The position numbers were made by a program, and so were the translations under genes. The notes beneath the pieces are model-generated. The model ran no database searches. It was not told the DNA's origin and was given only the letters and a program-made list of their open reading frames with translations. Positions 53,502 through 64,000 of a DNA stretch of 64,000 nt are shown one piece after another. How positions within the stretch are numbered: position 1 is the stretch's first letter; each line of letters starts with the position of its first letter. This DNA is from Chiloscyllium plagiosum (taxonomy: Eukaryota): NCBI RefSeq assembly GCF_004010195.1, contig NC_057718.1:55613285-55677284 (forward strand), given 5' to 3'.

Positions 53502-53800
53502 AATCATAGAACCCCTACAGTGTGGAAACATGCCCTTTAGCCCAACAGGTCCACACCAACCCTCTGAAGAGTAACCCACCCAGACCCACTCCCCTATATT
53601 TACTCCTGACTAATGAACTTAACCTACACATCCCTGAACATCACATCTTTGGACTGTGGAAGGAAACCGGAGCACCTGGAAGAAATCCACGCAGTCATGG
53701 AGAGAATATGCAAACTCCACACAGACCGTCGCACAAGGCTGGAATCAAACCTGGGTTCCTGGTGCTGTGAGGCAGCAGTGCTAACCACTGTGCTGCTCCA
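53502..53800 (-). mobile_element. HE1-type SINE, older
   Basis: HE1 tail, central domain and head in reverse complement. Confidence 0.8.
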
Positions 53801-54664
53801 ATGAGGCCCTTTAGGGAACAGTTGCATGAATTAGGCAGGACGGGTTAAAGACATCAGTAATCATAGAACCCTGTATGTGAAAAGTATGCAGTGATCAACT
53901 ATGTGGGATACAATCCTGGCCACTGGTAATCTTAATCATGTCATTTACCATTACAAATTGATCATTGCTATTTCTGTGAAACAGAAATAATTACAGTAGC
54001 TTTAGGAGCATCACTGTAGGTGTAATTTGCAAGGTCAATCAGCATGGAACAGATTTCTTCACACCTTGGATTATAAATATTTGTCAGCATTGTCTTATAT
54101 TCAATGTAGCCTTTCTTGGTTAATGTGGGCGGCATGGGGTGGTGGGACAAGATTTCAGTTATCCTACTGCACTTGCAATCTCCTCCTGTATTTGAGTGAC
54201 ATGGCTTTTGTGATCAGAATAAGATACACTATGCCAACAATCAATGTATAGGCCATCCAGGTCAGAGCCTTCCATGTCTGATTCTATTAAGGACTATGCA
54301 AAACTGTCATTTGCGTATGATATGACTATTTGCTACATGCATTACTGAGAACATCTTGTTTCTGGGGGTATTCCTGAAATTGTTTGATTAGAAATGTGAT
54401 TAGTGGATCTGACCATGCTGGTATTGTTGCTAGACAAGTAATCCAGATACTCTGGCAAATTTGGGATTTGCACCCCTCCATGGAAGTTTGAATTCAGTTT
54501 GAATTAGAAGTCTAATGATGACCATGAGGCCATTGTTTGTTGAAGAAATCTATCTGGTTCGCTACTATCCCTTTTTAGGGAAAGTAATTACCATCCTTTA
54601 TTGGTTTGTTTGAACTCTGAACCCCACGTGGTTGTGCTGAAGTCAGTCATCACAGCTCCAAGAG

Positions 54665-54792
54665 TTCCTGAAGGTAGATATTTTCTAATTAATCTGTTCA
54701 AAGATGTTATGACACATCTGGAGCAGTTGGGACTTGATTCCGGGCTTCCTGGCTCAGAGGTGGGGATACTACCACTGCACCACAAGGTCCCA
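54665..54792 (-). mobile_element. Short tRNA-derived SINE fragment (relatives at ~11095-11202 and ~46180-46258)
   Basis: Shared GACTTGA(A/T).CC.GGC.TCCTGGCTCAG...ACTACCAC..CACCACA. Confidence 0.55.
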
Positions 54793-55605
54793 AAGTTCCT
54801 GAGGGTAGTGTCCTCACCCCATTAAGTATCACAGTGGTCATTTATGCCTGAAGCCAAAGGACGTAGGTAGAGTTCTAAGTGAATACATTGCGTCGGTGCT
54901 CACTAGTGAGAGGGATGACGTGGGTATAGAGTTCAGGGAGAAGGGCTATGTTATGATTAAAGAAATCAGCACAGAGAGTGAAGATTCTGAGTGATCTGGC
55001 AAGCTTAAAAGTACATAACTCTCCAGGACCAGATGAAGTGTATCCCAAGATGTTGATTGAGGCAAGAGAGAAAATAGTAGCAGTGTTATCAATAATTTTG
55101 AATACCTCCCTGGCCACAGTACGGACACTAGAAGAATGGAGGACATCTATTGTGGTTCTGTTATTCAAGAAAGGAACATGAGATAAACCTGGAAACTACA
55201 GGCTGAACAGACTACCTTTAGTGGTTGGGAAATTATTGATTGCAATTCAGAGGGACAGAATTAATCTGCACTTGGAGATTAATCATGAATCATCAGCATG
55301 CTTTTGTTAAGGGGAGAGGTCAGGTCTGACCAACCTTATTGAATTTTTCATAGTGGTAACTGGGTGTGTAGATCAGTGTAGTGTATTTTAATTGAATTTC
55401 AACAACACATTTGTTAAGGTTTCTAATGGGAGACTGAAAATGAAGCTAATGAGATCCAAGGAAGTTTGACTAATTGGATACAGAATTGGCTGAGTGACAT
55501 GAAGAAGAGGGTAATAGTTGAGTTTTCTTTGACTGAACATCTGTATCAAGTGGGGTTCTGCAGAGATCACTTGAGGCCATTACTGTTAGACTTAACTGTA
55601 GGAGA

Positions 55606-56614
55606 CAAAGACAGAACCCACCCCCCGGTCCGCATCTTCCACCCCACCAACCTCTGCATAAACCGCATCATCCTCTGACACTTGCATCACCTACGAATGT
55701 ACCCCACCACCAGGGATGTATTTCCCTCCCCACCCTTACCTGCTTACTGCAAAAACCATTCGCTCCGTGACTACCTAGTCAGGACCACGCCCCCCCAACA
55801 ACCCACCCTCCCCTCCTGGCACCTTATCCTGCTACCGCAGGAATTGCAAAATCTGCACCTCCCACATCACCTCATTCAAGGCCTCAAAGGAGACTTCCAC
55901 ATTCATCAAAGTTTCATCTGCACTTCCACAAATGTCATTTATTGCATCCGTTGCTCCCAATGTGGTCTCCTTTACATTGGGGAGTCTAGACGCCTTCTCA
56001 CAGAGTGCTTCAGGGAACATCTCCTAGACACCCACACCAATCAACCCCACCATCCTGTGGCCAAACATTTCAACTTCCCCTCCACTCTGCCAAGGACATA
56101 CAGGTCTTGGGGCTCCTCACTGCCACTCCTTCACCACCTGACACCTGGAGGAAGAACGCCTCATCTTCCGCCTCAGAACCCTTCAACCCCAGGGCATCAA
56201 TGTGGACTTCACCAGTTTCCTCATTTCCCCTCCCCCCACCTTGCCCAAGTTCCAACTTCCAGCTCAACACCATCCTCATTTCCTGTCCCACCTGTCAATC
56301 TTCCTTCGCACCTATCCGCTCCACCCTCCTCTCCGACCAATCACCTTTACCCCTTCCTCCATCCACTTATNNNNNNNNNNNNNCACCTATCCGCTCCACC
56401 CTCCTCTCCGACCAATCACCTTTACCCCTTCCTCCATCCTCTTATTGCACTCCCAGCTACCTTCTCCCCAGCCCCACCCCCTCCCATTTATCTCTCTGCA
56501 CCCCCGAGGCTTCCAGCCTCATTCCTGATGAAGGACTCCTGCCCGAAACATCGATTTTCCTGCCGCTCGGATGCTACCTGACCTGCAGTGCATTTCCAGC
56601 ACCACTATAATCTT
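55606..56614 (+). mobile_element. Penelope-like element (family A) 3' part with GIY-YIG
   Basis: NVIYCIRCSQCGLLYIGESRRLLTECFREH in ORF 55682..56581; hammerhead-like core at 56525-56552. Confidence 0.9.
56371..56383. other. Assembly gap (13 N) with duplicated flanks
   Basis: 56309-56370 is repeated at 56384-56444. Confidence 0.9.
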
Positions 56615-56632
56615 GACTTAAATGTAGGAGAG

Positions 56633-56780
56633 CTGAAAATGTGTTGCTGGAAAAGCCCTTCTTCAAGCTCATGCCCGAAACGTCGATTCTCCTGCTCCTT
56701 GGATGCTGCCTGACCTGCTGTGCTTTTCCAGCAACACATTTTCAGCTCTGATCTCCAGCATCTGCAGTCCTCACTTTCTC
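56633..56780 (+). mobile_element. PLE family A mini-element with short inverted arm
   Basis: CTTAAATGTAGGAGAG at 56617-56632 and 56781-56796. Confidence 0.8.
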
Positions 56781-57689
56781 CTTAAATGTAGGAGAGTTGA
56801 TCAATATGCTGTGGATGATATGAAAATTGGTGGTGTGGTAAATAGGAGGTTAGCCTTAGAATACAAAAGGATATAGATGCCTGATCAGTGGGAAATGAAA
56901 TTCAATTCAGATAAATGTGATGTGATGCACCTGGGCAGGATGAACAAGGCAGACAAAGGAATACATGATAAATGGTAGAAACACTGAGGATCAGACGGAC
57001 GTTGATGTGCATGTCCACCTGTTCCTTATGGTTTTGGGATAATTACTTAAAGTGGTTAGGAAGGGATATGGAATACTTGTCTTTATTGGGGAGGCATAGA
57101 GTTTAGGAACAGGGAGGTGATGCTGGAAATCTAGCAATAGCTTAACTAATGTTTCATGGCGTATTGTACAGTTCTGGATTCCACATATAGGAGGGATTTG
57201 ATTGCACTGGAGAGAGTACAGAGGAGGTTTACCAGGATTTGCTTAGCCTGGAGAGTTTTAGTTATGAAAAGATCGCGGATAGACTAGTGTTATTTTCCTT
57301 AGAGCGGCAGAGGCTGAAGGGGAGGGACATGATTGAGATGTATAAACAGGAAGATACCTTTCTACTTGGTGGAAGGATCAATGACCGGGAGCACACCTTT
57401 AAAGTAGGGGCAGGAGGTTTAGAAGGTGTGTGAAAGAGTTCTTCCTCACACAGAGTGGTGTGAATCTGGAACTCGCTGACTATAAGGGTGCTAAGGTAGA
57501 AACCCTCACAAAAACGTTTAGTATTTAGATGTTCCAATGTGACGCCAAGGCATACAAGGCTTTGGGCAAGTGCTGGAAAATTGGACTACAATAATTAGTC
57601 TTTGGCCAGTGCAGATTTCATTTGCAAAGGACCTTTGCTGTGCTGCAGACCTCTTGTTCTTGCTTAAAGTCTGAAATGTAGATGTTAGC

Positions 57690-58130
57690 TGATGACTACA
57701 CGATGTTTGCAACTTCTCTGATATTGATATAATCCATGTCCAAATGCAGCTAAAGCTGGACATAAATGGACTTGGGCTGACAAGTAGCAATTAACATTCT
57801 TGCCAGGCAGCGACCATATCCAAGAGAAATTAACCAATGCCCATGGCATTCAATGCCATTAACATCAAGGAATACCCAGCTATCAACATACTGGGTGTTA
57901 CCATTGACCAGATACTGAACTGGGCTATCCATGTAAGTACATTGGCTACTAGAGCAGGTCAGAGGCTAGGAGTCCTGTTTCCCAAAGCCTGTCCACATAT
58001 ACAAGGCACAAATCATGAATGTGATGAAAATCTCTCCATTAAACTGGATGAGTGCAGATACAACAACACTCAAGAAGATTGACACCATCAAGGGCATAGC
58101 AGCTGTTTGATTTACACCAAACCATCTGCA
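57690..58130 (+). mobile_element. LINE (CR1/L2-group) ORF2 C-terminal remnant
   Basis: INILGVTIDQILNWAIHV..LATRAGQRLG. Confidence 0.6.
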
Positions 58131-58308
58131 AACTTGATGCCCATATCCTTGAATTCTTGGGTTCCCGTTTCACTTTAATTTTTGGATGTCTCATAAGGAG
58201 GTTATTTGGAGACCAGGGCTACCATTTAAAAATGTGGCTTCCTCAGTGATGCAACACTCTGTCTGAATCTAAGTATAGATTCAATGCAGATCATTCTTCT
58301 GCTAGGAC

Positions 58309-58965
58309 TTGGAGGTGCCGATGTTGGACTGGGAAGCCCATTGTCTATTTGACTATGGTCCTAGCAGAGAATGTTAAAAATCACACAACACCAGGTTATA
58401 GTCCAACAGGTTTATTTGGAAGCAGTAGCTTTTGGAGCGCTGCTCCTTCATCAGGTGGTTGTGGAGGTTAAGATCATGCTCACAGAAGTAAATGAGCAAA
58501 ATAAAATGTAATTCTGCAAAAACAAATTCACCCCATAATTACATTTTACTTTGCTCAAAAACTGCATGAATCCATGTTAAACCATGTAAAACTATAAAAA
58601 GGGTTTGTCAGTCTGACATAGCATTGGGATACACTCAGACTTCACACCTATTGTTTAAAAACCTGAGCTATCTTGAGAATGTAAGTTAAAAGAAGTTCTT
58701 TGGATTTATATATCAAAGAACAGAAACCAGCATATCCTATTAGAAAGGATGAAAGTTTTAATCTGAGATTGTTTACTGTATCACATCTCCATGACACTGG
58801 ATTCCTTTGGCTATAAAGTTGACATTTTACCACTTTTTGAAGACTTTCCAACATGTGAGCTTGATCTTAATCTCCACAATCAACTGATGAAGGAGCGGTG
58901 CTTCAAAAGCTAGTGCTTCAAAATAAACCTGTTGGATTATAACCTGGTGTTGTGTGATTTTTAAC
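58309..58965. mobile_element. PLE family B non-coding element with inverted pLTR arms
   Basis: Arms 58373-58484 and 58854-58965, each with CTGATGAAGGAGC; ATTC(T)TCTGCTAGGAC duplicated at 58293-58308 and 58966-58980. Confidence 0.8.
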
Positions 58966-61354
58966 ATTCTCTGCTAGGACCATAGTCAAATAGACAATGG
59001 GCTTCTTGAAAATAAGATTCTGATTCTTGGATCAGTCTGAGAGAGCTTTGCTATGAACAATTGGAGCAGGCAAGGGGTGAATGTGATGGACATTGGAAGA
59101 ATGGCAGCAATATCCTGAGAGGGAAGACAGAAGACATTGAACAGGAGGAACATCACCTCCTTTGTTGCGATAGAATCTTGTAGCATTGGGCTTGACAAGG
59201 AAGATGGGATTTAGTTAACATTACATCCAAAGGATCTGAACTAGCTGTAGTGATCATTCCTTGACTGTAAATTTGTTGCTTCTTGAAGGGACTGCTTGTT
59301 TATGCTCCAAGTTTTTTTTGCTTTTCATGCTGTTCAATACAAGTTGACATTTTACCACTTTTTGAAGACTTTCCAACATGTGAAGAATCCCACACTGAAT
59401 AATGACAAGATATTAGACTTGGCATTGGGGCAAGAGTAGCACTCCCTGAGATGAGATTATTAAATGGTATGGTGTTATATCTGGGTGTAGCTTCATTCTT
59501 GTAGCTGCAGTTGCTGACAGATGATGTAAGGTAGCAGTGCACTTACAAATAATATTTTGTTTCTAATGAAGTATCACATATGCCAATTATATGCCTTCAG
59601 ATACTGTTCTTTTTCGATTCCCTCCCATTATATGTACTGTGAGAAGTTGTTCATGACTAGCAGCAATTGGCAGCTAAGCAATCCCAGAAGAACCCTGATT
59701 GGCTAGTACTTCTGCCATTGGTGATTACAAGATAGCTTGAGTGGAGTGCCATAAGAGGTGTGGTGCATACATAATAAGGTGAGAGCAGATTATTTCATGA
59801 GAACACAAGAGTTCATGAAAAGAAGCCTTCCGTGAAATTTCTCAGTTTCCTTTGGTAAAGTTTAGCCCTACTTATTTTCCTTGGGCTTTGAAAATTCAGT
59901 GTCTTTATTCAAGGTGTAAGTTAGAAATTAAATATACTTTATGCATTTTTTCTTCAGCTTGATATACTTAAATTAAGCATGGATAACCTGTTTAAATGTT
60001 GAATTTAAAAGAAACCTATTCCAGTTCATCTGACCTACATTCCAATAATTTCAAGCAGCACAAAGCTGAAATACTGTAACATGGAGAGAAACAATTTGAG
60101 TATCCACTCAGAAAAGTGAACAATAAAATGTTTCAACTTGTATATGAACTAAAAGACTATCAAAGATAGGGCAGATGTGTATTTGAGCCAACTAGGTAGA
60201 GCATGGATTGAACAAAAAGGAAAAATAAACAAAGGGCCACATCGGTTCATAGTGCAGAACCAGGGCCAAAACTGGATGAGGAAGATAATTAGACAGAGCA
60301 CAGAGGATATCTGAAGTTTCAGGAGTGGTACAAGACTGACTGACAGTATAAGGCATGAAGAATGAAATAAGACAAAATGTCCAGGGGACCCAAGGTGCTG
60401 AAACACTATATTTGCCAGGAAGCTTGCAGTCTGACAAGTTTCTATAGTGGTTCTCATTAAAAATGTAGACAAAATCATTTTTAATGAAGTGGTATTGCAG
60501 GAATTTTCTGAGATTCTAGATTTAGGTGTTTTGATCCCAACTGATGTTGCTGGACAAGTGAGATCTTAGAATATGAGCTGGCTTGATAGACTACATTTTG
60601 GCTTTAACAAGGTGGTGGTCTTTTACTGAACAGCACACACTCAATGCTTCAGATTGGAATTTCACCACAATAGTTAATCACACAAAAGAAATGTAGTTAA
60701 AATGGTTTAAAAGAAATCCTGTTTCAAAAGTAAAAATGCTATCCCACTAATCCCAACAGCATCCCATTCAGTACTGAAATATCAGAGAGAATTGTCTTCT
60801 CATATCACATAGGATTTGACTTAGCTGTGGCTTAACTTCCCAGTCATGAGAAGCTCATCCTCTTCCTTGATTCATCATGTAACCAAGGTTAAATTTTCTG
60901 AGCTTCAAACAAGTCCCTCAGCATTTTAACCAAACACATCTGGTCTGTAAACTTCAATTAAACTCCATGACACAGAGGTAACCTCATTTAAAATTGTTTT
61001 AAAAATTAGCCTTATTCCAAAGAGCAATTTTGTATATCCAGCTTCAGTTAAGAAATTTCCGGAACTGCTCAATATGGGCCTTAGCACAAGCCCACATTTC
61101 CTGAATCTTTTCGGAAAGCTAAATACTGTACTTTGTGTGCTCAAATTTTCTCTGCCTTGATTAAATGGTAAATAAAATTCATTTTTCATTTCAAATACTT
61201 TAAAGATTGCAAAACAGCAGCAGTATGTTTCCTTCCTTGTATTCAGAAGCAAAAAACAATGCTGACTTCTTTTTCTTCAAGAGATTTATAATGTCATTTT
61301 GACTAATATCCACTCTCACAGTATGGATAAAATATTTGAGGATCTTTATTTTAG

Positions 61355-61681
<327 letters not shown>

Positions 61682-62505
61682 TGATCTTTTTCTCCCTTAT
61701 TTGGAAATGCATGCCTTCATCTATGCCATGTTATAATTCTTTCATTTCTGTATGGTCATAGTAAAGCTGCTCATGAAAACAATAAGTGGATATTGACCTA
61801 TTAAATACAGTTTCAAATGATTCGTGCAATTCTTATTAGAGAAAAATTACATTTATAGTTTCGACCAAATTGTGCAAGTGTATTTGCATATTTGCAAAGA
61901 CAAGGTGCCACTGGCAACTTCCTGCATACTCACCATTACATGAACCAGTTACTGTTGATGATGCTGGCTTGTCCTCTGCCTATCTGAAGTAGCTGATCAT
62001 GGATGACCAAGACATAAGCTGATGTCAATCGTTAATGCGTTGTAAGAATATCAAGAATGGATAGTAAATATGTAAACACTATTTAGGCATTCCAGAGATT
62101 AACTTTTAATTTTGTCCCTTGTTACTCATACACTCCTCAGCAGAAAGTCTTTCTTGGTCCTCTCATATGTTGTTGGTTCCAATGTGGACCATGAAAGGCA
62201 GATTCTTCCCCTCCTGTTCCAAGTTCAATTCCAGGCTTGAGGAGATCTTCATAATCCTGGTAATGGACAAGCAACATTGCCATTTGGGACTTGTGTGTTC
62301 TGCTGCAAAGAACAATGTCTGTCTGTTTAACTATACTGTCCTTCATTATTGCATCAAGTTAACTTTTTTTCCATCTCCCACAAAAAACCTTGAATATCCC
62401 TGGATTGTTAAACTGTGGTCAGTTTACATCTCTTCCCTTCAGTTGCTAGTCTTGTCTACACAAGCTGACTAAAGTTGAATCTGCTGGACAATGCAGGCGT
62501 TAAGA

Positions 62506-62722
62506 TTCGAGTGTGTGGTGCTAGAAAAGCACAGCAGGTCAGGCAGCATCCGAGGAGCAGGAGAATCAAACTTACAGGCAAGAGCGGCCTCATTTCTGAT
62601 GAAGGATTCTTGCCCGAAATGTCAATTCTCCTGCTTCTCTGATGCTGCCTAACCTGCTGTGCTTTTCTAGCACCACACTCTCAACTCTGATCTCCAGCAT
62701 CTGCAGTTCTCACTTTCTCCTC
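62506..62722. mobile_element. PLE family A fold-back mini-element
   Basis: Inverted arms plus tail; ATGCAGGCGTTAAGA (62491-62505) and ATGCAGGGGCTAAGA (62723-62737). Confidence 0.8.
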
Positions 62723-63589
62723 ATGCAGGGGCTAAGACTGTTTCAACCTTATAGACTCCCAGACCTGCAATGCCTATATTCTCATCCTCCTGGCTTTGGT
62801 TCTAGGCCAAATCTATATTACCATACCTAGAGATGTAAATGCCTTCTGGAGTAAAATGCCCAGGTAATTTCCTCCCTTGCCTGTTTGAAGGTTGGGTTCT
62901 TGCTCATCACCTCCTAAATTGATATTTGTTAAGCAGCAGACAGTTAACACAGGTATGATTACAATAGATTACTTGGGTGTTCACCACATTATAGTACTGT
63001 ACATCACTTGGCTATTATTTAATTGTTTTTATTTAAATATTTGCTTGGTCGTGTATAACTTAAACACTTAAAAAGAGTAAAGAAGTTGAAGCTTTTCATC
63101 TTACACTCATCAGAATTAAGATGAAAGAAACCAGATTTGAATAAATAACATTAATTTAAACAAAGTGAGGGGCTAATTGGGAGGGCCATTTTTGGCGCGG
63201 TGATGCAGCAGAAACAGTTAACTGTCAATCTTAATTCACAAACTATGCTATTGACTGTAATTTGTTTGGGAATTGCCATGGGAATGTAACAGAATTGAGA
63301 GATCCATGACAGCATTTCTTTTTGCTACCCCCATTTCTCCTTGCTACACCCACCTCCCACCCTCCAAACCTCCAATCAAAAGATGCAGTGTATATACAAA
63401 TTTGTTCTGCCTAAAACAGGGTCCTGTTTGATGATATATGTAGCTTCTAGTGACCACAAATGTATCACACTGTAAGTCCAGCTAATGGTCTCAGATTGGT
63501 TTTGTATTCTGATTTTTTTTTTTGGCACAGTCTGAATTATTTAAATGTTGTTCAGTAGCAGAATCTGATCTGATGTTGGTCTTAGTATT

Positions 63590-63900
63590 CTGAAGACCTC
63601 ACCATATAGTTGATGAATCATCTTCATTTTGAAATATCACCTTAAGGAAGCACTGAGGGACTCCAGTTGGAAGATTTCAATGTCCATCAAGAAGAATAAC
63701 TCAGAAGCATAACTACTGACCAAGTTCACTACACCCTAAAGGTTGTTTTTGTTAAGTGGGTCTGTGTCAGGTGGTGAGGGAACCAACAGAAGGTAAATAT
63801 CTCTTTGACCTCAATCTCACCAAGCTACCTGTTGCAGATGTGTCCTTTGATGACAGACCTTATCAGTACAAGTGATCACCACAGTCCTTTTGGTGATGTA
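63590..63900 (+). mobile_element. LINE endonuclease remnant
   Basis: EDFNVH, QVVREPT.G..LFDL and SDH motifs. Confidence 0.5.
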
Positions 63901-63958
63901 ATCTGACTTCACAGTCGACCTAAAGGCACAGGAGCAGGAGTTAGTCATTCAACTCATT

Positions 63959-64000
63959 GGGAGAAAGTGAGAACTGCAGATGCTGGAGATCAGAGCTGAA
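63959..64000 (-). mobile_element. PLE family A tail, cut by the window edge
   Basis: GGAGAAAGTGAGAACTGCAGATGCTGGAGATCAGAGCTGAA. Confidence 0.7.

Larger units (their letters stand above)
54860..57640 (+). mobile_element. CR1 LINE RT-to-3'-end remnant, interrupted by PLE insertions at 55606-56780
   Basis: SPGPDEVYPKML, DKPGNYR, LTNLIEF, WIQNWL, VDDMKI and LFSLERQRL motifs. Confidence 0.85.

Noticed and set aside
56309..56444. ~62-bp direct repeat around an N run
   Set aside because: Flanks a 13-N gap; typical unmerged contig overlap rather than a biological duplication.
55682..56581. Longest ORF (299 aa) as a novel gene
   Set aside because: Frameshifted PLE GIY-YIG remnant running through low-complexity UTR and the assembly gap.

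Overview
Eukaryotic (vertebrate) genomic DNA, most likely a shark or ray, since it is full of HE1-type tRNA-derived SINEs and CR1 LINEs. The only host coding sequence is four + strand, GT-AG, phase-compatible internal exons of a WD40 echinoderm microtubule-associated protein-like gene, best matching EML6 (8375-8510, 8707-8908, 34818-34955, 61417-61673). The rest is intron packed with decayed transposons: Penelope-like elements (PLEs; RT + GIY-YIG) and their short derivatives, CR1 LINEs, HE1 SINEs, Gypsy LTR elements and solo LTRs (one with Gmr1-type PR-IN-RT-RH order), and a Tigger-like MITE. Almost all ORFs in the supplied track are repeat fragments or noise. Most notable: (i) a short polyadenylated retroelement inserted repeatedly, and in two separate LTR copies, at the same TATA-adjacent motif (TATAAACAGGAGTGTC), suggesting a sequence-specific retrotransposon that parasitises an LTR promoter; (ii) more than a dozen minimal hammerhead-ribozyme cores in at least three PLE families, many in ~100-220 bp single-arm or fold-back mini-elements with 10-16 bp target duplications; (iii) several readable template-switch scars. 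All calls are by eye, with no database search.
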